This document shows positions 1 to 11,347 of a DNA stretch of 64,000 nt, one piece after another. Location: positions 704,001 to 768,000 of the forward strand of contig CAWCKY010000006.1 in NCBI GenBank assembly GCA_963796275.1, read 5' to 3'. A model generated the notes under the pieces. The model worked only from the letters and a program-made list of their open reading frames with translations, did not search any database and was not told the DNA's origin. Each line of letters starts with the position of its first letter. Position 1 is the first letter of the stretch. The DNA comes from an uncultured Acidobacteriota bacterium (GTDB lineage Bacteria > Acidobacteriota > Blastocatellia > RBC074). A program made the translations under genes and the position numbers.

Positions 1-330
1 CGCATTGTGGGCATTCAACGCGTTGGGAAATTTGGTGAAGAGCAGCGGCGATTTGGGCGGTTCGTTGCCTCCCTCGGTCGCGTGTTCCTGGTAGTTTCGT
101 CCAATTGCAATGACCTTACCCGGATAGACCGCCGGCAGATATTCCACAGCATCCAGCGCGAACGCCGATTTCGATGTGATGTTTTTCGCCGCGTGGAGCG
201 CCGGCGATCCCGCTCTGATCAGCGAAAGCATGTCGGGGGCTATTTCGCTGATATCTACCAATACCTCACCTTTGATCAGGCCAAGACGAGTTCCTTCGAG
301 TGTTTTCGTTCTGAATTGTGCAAGTTTCAT
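1..330 (-). CDS. Fumarylacetoacetate hydrolase family protein (5' part; runs off window)
   Basis: Manual translation from ATG at 330: MKLAQFRTK...PGKVIAIGRNYQEHATEGG.EPPKSPLLFTKFPNAL, typical FAH motifs; AAGGA RBS upstream; absent from ORF track. Confidence 0.9.
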   Translation of the reverse strand, partial: MKLAQFRTKTLEGTRLGLIKGEVLVDISEIAPDMLSLIRAGSPALHAAKNITSKSAFALDAVEYLPAVYPGKVIAIGRNYQEHATEGGNEPPKSPLLFTKFPNALNAHNA

Positions 331-371
331 GAAATAGTCCTTGAGTTAATTGGTAATAGGAATTACGCGCG

Positions 372-1379
372 TTACGACTCAGCAGCCTCGAGTCTGCGCC
401 TTTGAAATTCATCGAATGTTACGGCGAGCACTATGACTGCGCCGATGACTATCTTTTGGACGAAGGGAGAAATCTGCAGGAGATTTCCGCCGTTCGCCAG
501 AACGCCCATGATCAATGAACCGATGATCGTGCCGACTACTGTACCCTGGCCGCCGCTCAAGCTGCCGCCGCCTATGACGACGGCGGCGATCACATTCAAT
601 TCATAGCCCTCACCCGCATTCGGCTGGCCGGTGACGGTTCGCGATGTTTCGATTGCCCCGGCGAGCCCGCTCAGCGTGCCGAGGATCAGGTAATAGAGTA
701 TCTGGTAGCGCGACACGCGGATGCCTGCGTAACGTGCGGCTTCAATATTGCTCCCCATCGCATAACAGTAGCGGCCGAGCTGGGTATTGCTGAGCGCGAA
801 ATGCACGATCAGCGCGAGCGCCAGGACGAGCAACAGAGGCAAAGGGATGAAACCCAGTAGATTGCGTTCGGCCAGGTATCCGGCTGCCGCCGGCAGACCG
901 GCTTCCGCCTGTCCATCGGAGATGTACAATGCCAAACCTCGATAAATCCCCATGGCACCGAGCGTCACAATGAATGCCGGTATTTTGAGCGCTGTAATTG
1001 CTGCTCCATTGAGAAAACCGCAAACGGTCCCGACAGCAAGGCAGACGAGAAATCCCACAATTACCGGCGCACCTCCAGTCATCGCTATTGCGCCGAGCAC
1101 GCCCGACAGCCCGACGATCGAGCCGACCGATAGATCGATCCCACCCGAGACCATCACCATGGTCATCCCCATCGCCATAATCGTGATCACTGCGGTCTGG
1201 CGCGCGATTGCCGCCAGATTGCCGGGTGTGAGGAACTTCGGATCGTTGCCGAGTACGGCAAACTCACAGAGGGGGATGAGCGCACAAAGTGCGATTAAAC
1301 TGATGAAAGGGAGGAAGCGTTTAGCCCAATCACTCAGTTTCCAGTTGCCGGCTTCCAGTTTCCAGTTTTCGGTTTTCAG
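372..1379 (-). CDS. Sugar ABC transporter permease (RbsC-like); start uncertain
   Basis: GGIDLSVGS and YELNVIAAVVIGG motifs. The frame stays open upstream of the track start (KRFLPFISLIAL...FLTPGNLAAIARQTAV) to a CTG near 1379 after AGGAAG. Confidence 0.85.
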   Translation of the reverse strand: MKTENWKLEAGNWKLSDWAKRFLPFISLIALCALIPLCEFAVLGNDPKFLTPGNLAAIARQTAVITIMAMGMTMVMVSGGIDLSVGSIVGLSGVLGAIAMTGGAPVIVGFLVCLAVGTVCGFLNGAAITALKIPAFIVTLGAMGIYRGLALYISDGQAEAGLPAAAGYLAERNLLGFIPLPLLLVLALALIVHFALSNTQLGRYCYAMGSNIEAARYAGIRVSRYQILYYLILGTLSGLAGAIETSRTVTGQPNAGEGYELNVIAAVVIGGGSLSGGQGTVVGTIIGSLIMGVLANGGNLLQISPFVQKIVIGAVIVLAVTFDEFQRRRLEAAES

Positions 1380-1530
1380 TGTTTTCTTCCTAGTTGCGGC
1401 TCGCTACTCACTTTGAGTAGGGTTTTTTTCAATACAGTTCTGCTGGCCACGCGGCAGCAAAACAGTATTTCAAATATCGGTATTCAAGATGAACGACCCG
1501 AGGGTTTCCAGTTCCCGGTTCCAGCTGGTA
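1335..1530. repeat. Degenerate heptamer tandem repeats (CAGTTTC/CAGTTTT type)
   Basis: cagtttccagttgccggcttccagtttccagttttcggttttcagt at 1335-1380 and a similar run near 1503-1530. Confidence 0.7.
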
Positions 1531-1561
1531 GATCATGGTGCATCAAAAGGCAAACGGGAAA

Positions 1562-3064
1562 CTATTCTTCAACGGCGGCATATTTCAAAATTTCTTCCTG
1601 TGTCGTTTTCTTAGCATCGAGTTCTGCCACCAAATGGCCCCGGCGCATTACCAGGATGCGATCGGCCATTCCTATCAGTTCGGGCAAATCGGAAGAGACT
1701 ATAACTATCGCCGCGCCCGCTTCGGCGAGTTCATTGATCTCGCGATATATCTCCGATCTCGCCGCCACATCGACTCCACGGGTCGGCTCATCGAGCAGGA
1801 AGACCTGCGAATTGGCGAAGAGCCAGCGCGCGAGCAACGATTTCTGCTGATTACCCCCGCTCAGGCGGCCAACGATCTTCGCCGGCGACGCAGGCCTGAT
1901 GCCCAGCTTCCGAATATATTCGCCGGCGGCTCTGGTTTCGAGCTTGTGTTGTAACCGGCCGCCTCTGATCAGCGCGCGCACGTTGGCGAGCGTGATGTTG
2001 GTTGAGAGTGGAAGGTTCAGGCAAAGCCCGGTGCGCTTCCGGTCTTCAGTCAACAGGCTCAGTCCGCTCTTGACGGAGACGTTAGGCCGGGCGAGCTCGA
2101 TTTTTTTCCCGTTGATCTCGATATCGCCGGTCGCCGCGCTGTGGGCGCCGAAGATGGCCTCGGCGACCTCGGTGCGTCCCGCACCCGCCAAACCCGCGAT
2201 GCCGAGGACTTCGCCGCCACGCGCTTCGAAGCTGACATTCTCAAATTTCGGCGGGCGGGAGAGGTTCCGTATGCGCAATTTCACCTCGCCGGGCTGCGCC
2301 TTGCGGGGAGGGAATATCTCTTTCAATGCTCGACCCGCCATATGCCGAATCGTCTCATCGGTCGATATCTCGCCCCACCCGCCGACATAGACTACACGGC
2401 CATCGCGCAGGATCATCAAACGATCGGCAATACTATTGAGCTCTTCCAGTCGATGCGAGATGTATATGATCGCGAGGCCGCGCGCTTTCAGACCGCGGAT
2501 CAGCCGGAAGAGCTCTTCGACTTCGTGTGAGGTGAGTGACGAGGTGGGCTCGTCCATGACTATCACTCGGCGCGCTTCCACGACGGCGCGCGTGATTTCG
2601 ACTAGCTGGCGGTCGGCCGCGCTCAGGCGCCCGAGCCGCGTTCGCGGATTGATATTAAAACCGTAATCGTCGAGCAGTACCTGCGCGCGGGCGTTGAGCT
2701 CACCGCGATTGATATAACCGATCGGTGCGAGCTTGAGCGGCTCGCGTCCCAGAAAGATGTTTTCGGCAACGGTGAGATGTGGAGCGAGCGACAATTCCTG
2801 ATAGATCATCGCAATGCCGGCCGCGAGGGCATCGGCGGGGCGAGCGAAATTCACGGGGTTGCCTTCGATCACTATCTCGCCGGCATCGGGGTGATGGACG
2901 CCGGATAGGATTTTCATGAGCGTGGATTTTCCCGCACCGTTTTCACCAACTAGCGCTATGACTTCGCCCGTACGCGCCGACAGGTCGACATCGGCAAGTA
3001 CAGTGTTGCCGGCAAATGATTTGGTGATGCCGCGCATTTCCAGCGCAGGACTACTGGTGCTCAT
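1562..3064 (-). CDS. Sugar ABC transporter ATP-binding protein (RbsA-like, two ABC domains)
   Basis: [32 protein letters not shown]. Confidence 0.95.
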   Translation of the reverse strand: MSTSSPALEMRGITKSFAGNTVLADVDLSARTGEVIALVGENGAGKSTLMKILSGVHHPDAGEIVIEGNPVNFARPADALAAGIAMIYQELSLAPHLTVAENIFLGREPLKLAPIGYINRGELNARAQVLLDDYGFNINPRTRLGRLSAADRQLVEITRAVVEARRVIVMDEPTSSLTSHEVEELFRLIRGLKARGLAIIYISHRLEELNSIADRLMILRDGRVVYVGGWGEISTDETIRHMAGRALKEIFPPRKAQPGEVKLRIRNLSRPPKFENVSFEARGGEVLGIAGLAGAGRTEVAEAIFGAHSAATGDIEINGKKIELARPNVSVKSGLSLLTEDRKRTGLCLNLPLSTNITLANVRALIRGGRLQHKLETRAAGEYIRKLGIRPASPAKIVGRLSGGNQQKSLLARWLFANSQVFLLDEPTRGVDVAARSEIYREINELAEAGAAIVIVSSDLPELIGMADRILVMRRGHLVAELDAKKTTQEEILKYAAVEE

Positions 3065-3078
3065 GTCGAAAGGTCAGA

Positions 3079-3245
3079 GGAAAAACAAAAAGGCAAAAAA
3101 AACAAAATATAGAAAGGAAAGTATGAAACAAAGCCGATGCTGCCGGGCTTTTTGCCTTTTCTGCTCCCGGTTGCTCATTGTCCCGTTTGTTCCGTCGCCC
3201 GGTTTCCCCGATTATCCCCGATGCCCGTTGCCCAGTTTTTCCCCT
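3079..3245. repeat. Purine-rich arm / pyrimidine-rich arm module of ~9-nt degenerate repeats
   Basis: aaaaacaaaaaggcaaaaa... followed by ttttgccttttctgctccc...tgtcccgtt...tgcccgttgccc. Confidence 0.6.
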
Positions 3246-3302
3246 TATTTAAGTGAGGATTGTGCAAATAAAAGGTCAATTGAATCAACATAATCGCACC
3301 TG

Positions 3303-3454
3303 AGCGCCAGAGGCGCGGGATGTTTATAGTTTTCGATCACGCAAATCTCGCAAGCTCCGGAGGAGCGATATCTGAATGTTTATATGTCGCTCCTCCGCCG
3401 GAGCTTGTGACGAATCTTGTCATCAAAGCTATAAACATCAGACTCCTCGGGAGC
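3303..3454. repeat. REP/MITE-like nested inverted repeat element (family A)
   Basis: gatgtttatag (3319)/ctataaacatc (3429); caagctccgg (3351)/ccggagcttg (3398); ggaggagcga/tcgctcctcc; related copy starts at 58304. Confidence 0.8.
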
Positions 3455-3499
3455 CGATCAGAAACCATTGGCTACAATCAACTTTACTTTACACAGTCT

Positions 3500-4459
3500 T
3501 CATTTAAGTAATTGGAGAATTTCCGGCGTGTCCATATTCTCCTTGGTTAACAATTTCACCCCTGTGTCAATACGTTTTTGCGGTTCCTTACCGCTGAGTT
3601 TCTCGACCACAGTCTTCACGCCATCGTAACCCATCCTAAATGGATTTTGTAACACCAGGGAATCGATTGCGCCTTCCTTGACGTTGTTGACGAGATCGGG
3701 AGTGGCGTCGAAACCGACCAGCACGACCTTGCTGGCGAGGTTTCGTTGGCGGATAGCGCGAACTGCACCGACCGTCGATGATTCGTTGGAGGCGAACATC
3801 CCGTTGAGGTCGGGGTGAGCGGTCAGAATATCTTCAGCGGCCTGAAGCGATTTGGACGCGCTGGCCTCGCCGTAGAGGAATTGTGCGATCTGGATGCCGG
3901 GAAACTGTTCTTTGATCGTCGCTTCGAATCCCTCTTCGCGTTCATCTGTTGAGACCGAGCCTTTCTTGACCCCAAGGATTGCGACCTTGCCTTTGCCGCC
4001 GAGTTTCTCTCCCATGCGTTTGGCCGCTACCACGCCTCCTTCGCGGTTATCCGTCGATACATATGACAGGTAGTTCTCCGTCGAAATACCCGAGTCGAAG
4101 ATCGTCACGGGTATCCCTTCGCGTTGCGCCCGTTGGACCATCGGTACCAGGGAATCGCCGTGTGACGGGGCCAGAACGATACCGTCGACCTGCCGGTTGA
4201 TGGCGTCCTCGACGATATTGATCTGACCGGCTATGTCGGTCTCCGACGCTGCACCTTTCCAGTTGATTTCTACGTTGAGGTCCTGGCCCGCGGCGTCTGC
4301 CCCGGCTTTGACCGATAGCCAGAATGAATGCGAAACGCCTTTGGGGATGACGGCGATCACTTTTTGGGATTTGTTAGCTGCGTTTCGATTGCATGCGGTA
4401 ATGATCAGGAGGGCAAAGAGTGAAAGGGTAATCAGAATCGCGAGATTTCTCTTTTTCAT
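3500..4459 (-). CDS. Sugar ABC transporter substrate-binding lipoprotein (RbsB-like)
   Basis: Lipobox ITAC; [24 protein letters not shown]. Confidence 0.93.
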   Translation of the reverse strand: MKKRNLAILITLSLFALLIITACNRNAANKSQKVIAVIPKGVSHSFWLSVKAGADAAGQDLNVEINWKGAASETDIAGQINIVEDAINRQVDGIVLAPSHGDSLVPMVQRAQREGIPVTIFDSGISTENYLSYVSTDNREGGVVAAKRMGEKLGGKGKVAILGVKKGSVSTDEREEGFEATIKEQFPGIQIAQFLYGEASASKSLQAAEDILTAHPDLNGMFASNESSTVGAVRAIRQRNLASKVVLVGFDATPDLVNNVKEGAIDSLVLQNPFRMGYDGVKTVVEKLSGKEPQKRIDTGVKLLTKENMDTPEILQLLK

Positions 4460-5625
4460 ACGAGGACAACTACTCCTTTGATGAAATCCGCACCGAAGCG
4501 GTCATTCGCGAAAACCTGCGGAACCTCCTCGAGCGTGCGGTAGCGGTGAGTGATAAGTCGGGAAACATCGATCCGTCCTGTGCTCAGTAGTTCGAGCGAT
4601 TTACGATAGGTGCTGGATCTGCCGTCTGCTTCAAACTTACCCGAGGCTCCTATCGGAGCGATGAGCGTCGGCTCCAAAAACTGCACATTATTGAGCACGC
4701 CCAGGTCAACGCCGTGATGGCCATGCCCGTAAAGGAGCACCGACGCCTGTTTGCGCAGCAGCCCCGGCATCTGTTTGAACAATTGAGCGATGCCCGCCGA
4801 TTCGATCAAATAATGTATCCGTTCGCCATGTGTCAGGTCATTCACGGCCTCGATCAGATCCGTAGTGGCCGGATCGATCACCGTCGCGCCGTATGCGGCG
4901 GCCAACTCGCGGCGTTTTACATTCGGTTCGGTCACTATGAGAAGTCCATCGAAGCCGATGACGTTGCGCAAATATTGAATGAAGAAAAGACCCGCAGGTC
5001 CGGCGCCGCAAATCAGGACCGAGCGGATAGGCCTTTCACCGTTGAACCGATAGCGGCCCGGCGTTTTCATCATCGTTTCGCTGGAATGGATGACGCAGCC
5101 GAGCGACTCGACCAGGGCGGCCCGGTCCGGCGGCAGATCGCTCTCGATCTTCACGGCATTGACTGCGGGGACGGCAATATAGTCCGCCAGCGCTCCCTGC
5201 AGGCCGGTGATGCCGTGCTCGGCGTAGTTAGCACATTGATGTGAGTCTCCGGTCAGGCAATATTCACACAACGCGCTTTCGCCGCGGCTCACGCAGCTCA
5301 ACCCCTGGTCCACTACGACGCTATCGCCGACCTGCAAATCCCCCACTCCGCTTCCCGTTTCAATAACTCTGCCGCAGAATTCGTGGCCGAGTATCTGCGG
5401 TTGTTCATCAAACGGAATCAGGCGGCCTCTCGCATCGCTATTGTAATTGGCGCGGCCTTCATATATGTGAAAGTCTGTGCCGCAGAAACCTACGCCTCCG
5501 ACCTTGAGCAGGACCTGGTGCGGTAACACTTGAGGTATGGGGATCTCGCGCAATTCCATCTTCTGCGGTGCAGTGACGGCCAATGCGCGCATTGACGACT
5601 TATGGTTTGATGTTCGGTCAGTCAT
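4456..5625 (-). CDS. Zinc-dependent alcohol/sugar dehydrogenase (MDR family)
   Basis: CGTD, GHE, four-Cys structural Zn loop, GAGPAG. Confidence 0.92.
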   Translation of the reverse strand: MTDRTSNHKSSMRALAVTAPQKMELREIPIPQVLPHQVLLKVGGVGFCGTDFHIYEGRANYNSDARGRLIPFDEQPQILGHEFCGRVIETGSGVGDLQVGDSVVVDQGLSCVSRGESALCEYCLTGDSHQCANYAEHGITGLQGALADYIAVPAVNAVKIESDLPPDRAALVESLGCVIHSSETMMKTPGRYRFNGERPIRSVLICGAGPAGLFFIQYLRNVIGFDGLLIVTEPNVKRRELAAAYGATVIDPATTDLIEAVNDLTHGERIHYLIESAGIAQLFKQMPGLLRKQASVLLYGHGHHGVDLGVLNNVQFLEPTLIAPIGASGKFEADGRSSTYRKSLELLSTGRIDVSRLITHRYRTLEEVPQVFANDRFGADFIKGVVVLV

Positions 5626-5650
5626 TTTGGCCTTCTTATAGCGGGAAATC

Positions 5651-5735
5651 AGTACCGCGAGCGGTAGCGACGAGATTCCACTAGTTGTTGATTGATGGAG
5701 AACTCGCTGCGATACCGATTGTATCGCCCTCCACC
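5651..5735. repeat. REP-like element (family B, taccgcgagcggtagcga), degenerate right arm
   Basis: agtaccgcgagcggtagcga at 5651; near-identical motif at 42242. Confidence 0.65.
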
Positions 5736-5736
5736 A

Positions 5737-6744
5737 TTAAATATCGAGTTCGCTCGCGTCCAGCCTGCCTTCTTTTTGCAATTGTCTGAACCGATCGATT
5801 GTCTCCCTGACACCGCGGGCCAGAGAGGTATGAGGCACGCCGCCGAGGGCTTTCACTATTGCCGCATCGTCGAGCTCCGAGGGTATCGCGAGCGGCGTAT
5901 CGATGAAGGTGATCGTTCCTTTCGCTGCCGGAATTATTTTTTCGATCTCTCTGACGACATCGGCCATGTGGACCGTCTCGCCGTGGGAATTGAAGACATG
6001 CGCGCCTGGCAAATCTGATTTCGCCGCCAGGATGAAAGCATCGGCGCAATCGGCGACATACAGGAAATCGGTTCTGCCTCCGAAACGGATGTGGAACGGC
6101 CGGCCCAGACAGGCGGCTTTCATCGCCTTGGTAGGGTCCGATGTCATTCCAGTGTCGCGCCCGACACCGTATACTGTCAAAGGGCGCAAGCCGACGCTGC
6201 TGATGCCATCGTCGAGGAAAAAGATGCGCGCGTTATCTTCGTTGCATCGTTTAAAAGCACCGTAATGCGTGTTCATTCCGCCGGCGTCGGTTTCAACCGC
6301 GGCGCGGCGTTGTTCCGGTTGCCCCGGTTGCTCCGGCTGACCCTCGGCGCCGAAGACAGCGGCTGAGCTGGCGTATACGACTTTGGTCACCTTTCCGCCG
6401 GATTTTTTCGCTGCTTCGAAGATGTTGATAGTTCCAACGACGTTGATCAGCGCCCCGAGCCGCGGGTCGGAGCGGCAGGCCGGGACCTGAAGCCCGGCGA
6501 GGTGAATGATTTTGGTGACGCGATGCCTTTCCACTGTTTGCGAGAGGAGGTTGGCATCGGTGATATCGCCTTCGATGAACACCGGACGCGCGATTTCGTC
6601 TTCGTCCATTATGAGCTGCAGACGCTGCGGGTCGGCGCTCCTGTCGAAAATTACAACGCCCGCGTCTTCAGCGAGCAATCTTTTTACTACCCAGGCGCCG
6701 ATAAAACCGTGCGCGCCGGTCACTAGATAGATCGGTTGAGACAT
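5737..6744 (-). CDS. NAD-dependent epimerase/dehydratase (extended SDR)
   Basis: TGAHGFIG, HLAG, YASSAAVFG, YGAFK; start moved to ATG 6744 (AAGG upstream). Confidence 0.9.
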   Translation of the reverse strand: MSQPIYLVTGAHGFIGAWVVKRLLAEDAGVVIFDRSADPQRLQLIMDEDEIARPVFIEGDITDANLLSQTVERHRVTKIIHLAGLQVPACRSDPRLGALINVVGTINIFEAAKKSGGKVTKVVYASSAAVFGAEGQPEQPGQPEQRRAAVETDAGGMNTHYGAFKRCNEDNARIFFLDDGISSVGLRPLTVYGVGRDTGMTSDPTKAMKAACLGRPFHIRFGGRTDFLYVADCADAFILAAKSDLPGAHVFNSHGETVHMADVVREIEKIIPAAKGTITFIDTPLAIPSELDDAAIVKALGGVPHTSLARGVRETIDRFRQLQKEGRLDASELDI

Positions 6745-6991
6745 CGATATCGCCTTATCAGTAAGATTGCGGTAAACCCGGATGCGGTCCTTGGGACGAC
6801 GAATAATAGCAAAGGTCAGGCGGAATTGGGAATGCTGCACATAGTCGATGCAGGTTTGCAGAACTGAAAAGTAATATGTTATTCATTGGTTGCCTCCAAT
6901 GGATAAATTGTCAGGGATCTGACTGGTTCTAGAATTTCTATCAGGAAAAATCGGCGACGGACCGAGTGTCCGTTGAATTTTGGAGAGGACA

Positions 6992-7855
6992 ATGCGATTT
7001 GACCGCTCGAATGCAGTTCTATTTTTTATACTTCTCTCTATCTTCGTCCATTACGGTTGTTCCAAGTCTTCCGGGACTTCCACCGCCACACTGCCAACTT
7101 CTACGCCGGAACCTCCATTGCCCGAAGTTGGCCCCATGATCAAACGGATCGCGACGCAGGACGGTTGTCGGGATTTCACCGCGGTCATGGTCATGACAAC
7201 TCTAAACGAAGACAGTAAAAAGGATCAGGTAGAATTCAAAATACAGCGTCAATATTCGGCCGATCGCGTATCGACGTTTCTTTCGGTGCTCGCCCCACAC
7301 GAGGAGATAGACAAGGCATTACTCGCATTTGAGCGGCCGGATCAGGCGACGCAGGCCTTCTCATATCTTCCCGGATTAAGGAAGCTCAGCAAGCTCAATT
7401 CGGAAAAACAGATCAGTTTTCACGGCGCTAAGGTCACAGTCCAGGAGCTGCTCGGAATGGAACTCGATCAGTACACGCATGGCACGGGCGAACGCATTAT
7501 GAAAGGAGAGGAGGCGTTAATAAAAGTCGAATTTAAAGAGAAACCATACCTTGGATTGGCATTCCCGCGCATCGTCGGCCATTTCCGTGAAAGAGACGAG
7601 CAACCAATAGGATTTGAACTTTACGATTTGCGCAATGAGTTACAGAAGAGAGTCGAAATCCAAGAGGTCAAGCTGATCGAAAATCGCCAGACGATCACAA
7701 AAGTTATGATCGATGACCTAAGCCAGAAGCTCAGGGTCCAACTTCAAACTTTGAAAATCGCATACGATCGCGGGCTTCCGGAAAGCCTTTTCACCGAGAA
7801 ACACCTGATAAATTTTATTAGCAATGCGGGTCGCAAACTCGACCAGGACAAATAG
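6992..7855 (+). CDS. Outer-membrane lipoprotein-sorting (LolA-like) lipoprotein
   Basis: Lipobox-like HYGC; YLPGLRKL and YDRGLPESLFT motifs; adjacent to MMPL gene; GGAGAGG RBS. Confidence 0.75.
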   Translation: MRFDRSNAVLFFILLSIFVHYGCSKSSGTSTATLPTSTPEPPLPEVGPMIKRIATQDGCRDFTAVMVMTTLNEDSKKDQVEFKIQRQYSADRVSTFLSVLAPHEEIDKALLAFERPDQATQAFSYLPGLRKLSKLNSEKQISFHGAKVTVQELLGMELDQYTHGTGERIMKGEEALIKVEFKEKPYLGLAFPRIVGHFRERDEQPIGFELYDLRNELQKRVEIQEVKLIENRQTITKVMIDDLSQKLRVQLQTLKIAYDRGLPESLFTEKHLINFISNAGRKLDQDK

Positions 7856-10216
7856 GTGAGTAAATATGTAGTTCGCCATCCTTATCTGATCATCGCCGCC
7901 GTGATTCTTCTCACCGTTTTTTTCGGCGTAGAATTGCGGCGCGGGATAGTTCTCAATGTCTCGCCGCTCGGGTTCGTAAGGCAGGGGAGCCAGGAGAGAG
8001 TTGATTTTGCGGAGGCGCGTAAAATTTTCGGACCTGATGATTACCTCGTCCTTGCGGTCGTGGCCGATGATATTTTCTCCCCCGAAAATCTCGCGAAATT
8101 GCGCGACCTTCACGGAAACGTGGCGCGCACGGGCGGGATCACAGAAGTGCTCAGCTTGATCAACGTCCCTTACGCGCGCAGCGTTAATGGAGTGGTGGAG
8201 GTAGACAAGCTCATCCCGCCGGTGGGAGCAAACGATAGGCTCGTGGCAGAGGCCCGCGCCGTCGCCACGACCGATCGTCTTTACTCAGGTAATATTGTCT
8301 CCGAGGATGGGCGCACCGCTGCCTTGAACATCCTGCTTAACCCTGATTTTCCGACTCACAAGCGCCACGAAATTACCGGGCAGATATACAGGCTCGCGCG
8401 CAATGCCGGGTTTGAGGCGGTCTATTTTGCCGGCGATCCATTTACGCAGTGGCGCTGCACCGAAGCGATAAAGAGCGACCTGCTGCTATTTTTCCCCCTC
8501 ACTCTCGCCTTCATTGCTCTGCTCCTCTGGCTCTGCTTCCGTTCGTTTGTGGCTGTCGTCCTGCCGCTCGGCACAATCGCCATCGGGCTCCTCTGGTTGA
8601 TGGGGTTGATGGCTCTACTGCAGGCGCACTTCACCGTACTCGCATTGATGCTACCCACCCTGATGCTGGCGATCGGCTGTTCATACATGATCCACGTCAT
8701 TAATCAGGTCGGTATTGTGGAAGCGAGGGCGAATGAACTGGGGAATGGAGGAGCTACGGAGGCAAAGGGACAAGGGGGCAAGGGGTCGCTCCCTCCTGCT
8801 ACGTCCAGAGTTGAAGAGGCGATGCGGTTTATCACGCTGCCGGTCGTCGTTTCGGCGCTGACGATCATCGCGGGATTTCTGTCGCTGGCATTCACTCATA
8901 TACCGTCGATCCGCACGACCGCCATTTTTGCCGCGATCGGTGCGGCGTTCACGATGCTTCTATCGTTGACCTTCATTCCGGCGGTGCTTGTTCTGCTGCC
9001 ACGCCGGGCGGCGGCATTTCGTGTCGGACTGACGGGTAATATGTGCAAGCTCCTGGGGGAGACGGGCCGGTGGGCCACATCACATCAAACCGTACTCTAC
9101 ATTGCGACGGTCATCATCATAATCGCCAGCGTCGTCGGGATGACGCGCATTAATATCGATATTGATTACTTCCATTTCTTCAAACCCGCCTCGGAGACGA
9201 GCGTCGGTCTGGCTCAGATCAATCAGCGGTTATCGGGCGCCGTGTCATTCGAAATAATTGTCGAGGGGCAGCGCGCGGACGCAATGGAAGACCCGAGGGT
9301 GCTCGGGCGTATCGCGGAACTACAATCATTCGCCGAAAGCCAGCGAGGCATTGACGGGCAGGGAATAGACCGCACGATTTCGATCGTCGACTTCGTCAGG
9401 CATCTCAACCGGGCGTTTCATGACAACGATCCTCAGCATTACGCGATACCCGCCGATCAGAAAGTGGTGGCGGAGTTGCTCTCGGACCGCGATCAAATGC
9501 GTGGATTTCTCTCCCCGGACGGCCGCACGGCGCGCATCCTCATCCGATCGAACCTGACTGGATCGCACGCGATGGCTTACGTTGTTGCTGAAATAGAGAG
9601 GCGCGGAAGAGAGCTGTTGCCCGACTGCCGCGTGCTGGCTACCGGAACCTTCGTCCTCTTGAACAGCACTTCGGATGAGATCGCCGGCGAACAGTTGCAG
9701 AGCGTAACGATCGCCCTCATCGCGATCTATATCGTGTTATCCATACTATTCAGCTCATTGCGTGTGGGGCTGACGGCGATCGTGCCGAACCTGATTCCGG
9801 TGCTCTTCTTTTTCGGTTTCATGGGTTGGCGCGGAATACCTTTGAATCTGACGACGAGCCTCGTCGCGAGCGTGGTGCTCGGATTGGCGGTGGACAACTC
9901 GGTGCAATTCATCGTGCGGTTTTGCCGCGTCCAGGCCGAATCTGCAACACTGCGCGATGCCATCATCCAGAGCATGCGTTTGTCCGGCCGGCCGATTATT
10001 TATGCCAATGTCGCGCTGGCGGCTGCCTTCACAATATTTGCTCTCTCAAATTTCGAGCCCATCAGCACCTTCGGTTTGCTCTCGGCGGTGACGATTATCG
10101 GGTGTCTGGTCGAGGATTTGGTGCTATTGCCGGCTCGCCTGACGTCGCCGATCTTCATGACTATAAAAAAAAGCAGAGCGGCGCGCGAAATGACACCTCA
10201 TCGAGAAACTCAGTAA
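7856..10216 (+). CDS. MMPL/RND family transporter
   Basis: Two repeated units, each with a soluble loop and several TM helices; LGLAVDNSVQF, SALTIIAGFLSL. Confidence 0.9.
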   Translation: MSKYVVRHPYLIIAAVILLTVFFGVELRRGIVLNVSPLGFVRQGSQERVDFAEARKIFGPDDYLVLAVVADDIFSPENLAKLRDLHGNVARTGGITEVLSLINVPYARSVNGVVEVDKLIPPVGANDRLVAEARAVATTDRLYSGNIVSEDGRTAALNILLNPDFPTHKRHEITGQIYRLARNAGFEAVYFAGDPFTQWRCTEAIKSDLLLFFPLTLAFIALLLWLCFRSFVAVVLPLGTIAIGLLWLMGLMALLQAHFTVLALMLPTLMLAIGCSYMIHVINQVGIVEARANELGNGGATEAKGQGGKGSLPPATSRVEEAMRFITLPVVVSALTIIAGFLSLAFTHIPSIRTTAIFAAIGAAFTMLLSLTFIPAVLVLLPRRAAAFRVGLTGNMCKLLGETGRWATSHQTVLYIATVIIIIASVVGMTRINIDIDYFHFFKPASETSVGLAQINQRLSGAVSFEIIVEGQRADAMEDPRVLGRIAELQSFAESQRGIDGQGIDRTISIVDFVRHLNRAFHDNDPQHYAIPADQKVVAELLSDRDQMRGFLSPDGRTARILIRSNLTGSHAMAYVVAEIERRGRELLPDCRVLATGTFVLLNSTSDEIAGEQLQSVTIALIAIYIVLSILFSSLRVGLTAIVPNLIPVLFFFGFMGWRGIPLNLTTSLVASVVLGLAVDNSVQFIVRFCRVQAESATLRDAIIQSMRLSGRPIIYANVALAAAFTIFALSNFEPISTFGLLSAVTIIGCLVEDLVLLPARLTSPIFMTIKKSRAAREMTPHRETQ

Positions 10217-10308
10217 TGGAAAACGGCTCGCCTGAAAGGCGGGGCGGGGAAAAACAGGGAAAAAAATAGCAATAGACTAAAGAAGATCTTTTATGCTTCT
10301 TTTATTAA

Positions 10309-11238
10309 TTATACCGTTTGTTTCCCATTAAAGTCGCTGACTTTATCAAATGTACGTACGACTTCAGCCATTTCGAATCTATTATTTATTTCGTGAGTGA
10401 CCTCCCACGCCTGACGATCGCGCAACAATGCCGATAACAGCATCGTGTGCAGGCCGTGGCCCGATCTGGAGGCTCGCACGTGGCCCAGAATCGGCATCCC
10501 GCACAGTGCCAAATCGCCGATGATATCCAGGATCTTGTGCCGCACAAATTCGTCAGCGAAACGCAGCGGCTCGCGATTCAAGACCCCGTCCCGCGTGAGA
10601 GCGATGGCGTTATCAAGCGAACCTCCGCGCGCCAGACCGTTCTGCTGCAATAACTCCACCTCTTCGACAAATCCGAAGGTCCGCGCCGGCGCCACCTCCG
10701 ATTGATAATTGCCGTTGATAAAAGCTATTTCGCGGCGCTGGAGCCCGATCAGCGGATGATTGAAATCGATCTCGCAGGTGATGCGGAATTCCTCGGCCGG
10801 CTCGATCGACATCCTGCGGTTCTTCTCACTCACTTCGACTCGTTTGAGAACCCGCAGGTATCCGCGCGGAGCCTCTAACTTAACGATTCCGGCACCTCTG
10901 ATTAACTCAACCCACCTCCGGCTGCTGCCATCGAGGATCGGTACTTCAAGAGAATCGACGTCGATTAGTGCATTATCTATGCCGCACCCCGAGAGCGCTG
11001 ACAGCAGATGCTCGACAGTCGAAATCATTACCCCCGATTTCATCAGCGTCGTGGCGTAGCTCACGTGCGCCACGTGCTCCGGTGCGGCGGGAATCTCGAA
11101 GTCGTTCAGATCGGTCCGGCGAAAAACGTATCCTGTGTATGCGGGCGCAGGCCTTACCGTGACTTTGACGGGAGAGTTTGAGTGAAGCCCAGTCCCGCTT
11201 GTACTGAAACTCTCGCCGATCGTGGTTTGCTTGCTCAA
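10309..11238 (-). CDS. lpxC: UDP-3-O-acyl-N-acetylglucosamine deacetylase
   Basis: GTGLHS, TVEHLLSAL, EVPILDGSS, ARTFGF, HKILDIIGDL. Confidence 0.97.
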   Translation of the reverse strand: MSKQTTIGESFSTSGTGLHSNSPVKVTVRPAPAYTGYVFRRTDLNDFEIPAAPEHVAHVSYATTLMKSGVMISTVEHLLSALSGCGIDNALIDVDSLEVPILDGSSRRWVELIRGAGIVKLEAPRGYLRVLKRVEVSEKNRRMSIEPAEEFRITCEIDFNHPLIGLQRREIAFINGNYQSEVAPARTFGFVEEVELLQQNGLARGGSLDNAIALTRDGVLNREPLRFADEFVRHKILDIIGDLALCGMPILGHVRASRSGHGLHTMLLSALLRDRQAWEVTHEINNRFEMAEVVRTFDKVSDFNGKQTV

Positions 11239-11347
11239 TCGATTGAACCTCTGAAAAAAATTATCAATAAGGCGTATCTAATTCCTTAATGACCAGGAAT
11301 TCCTTATGACCAGGGCTCAGGGCGTGGGGCTTACTGTTTATCTTATG

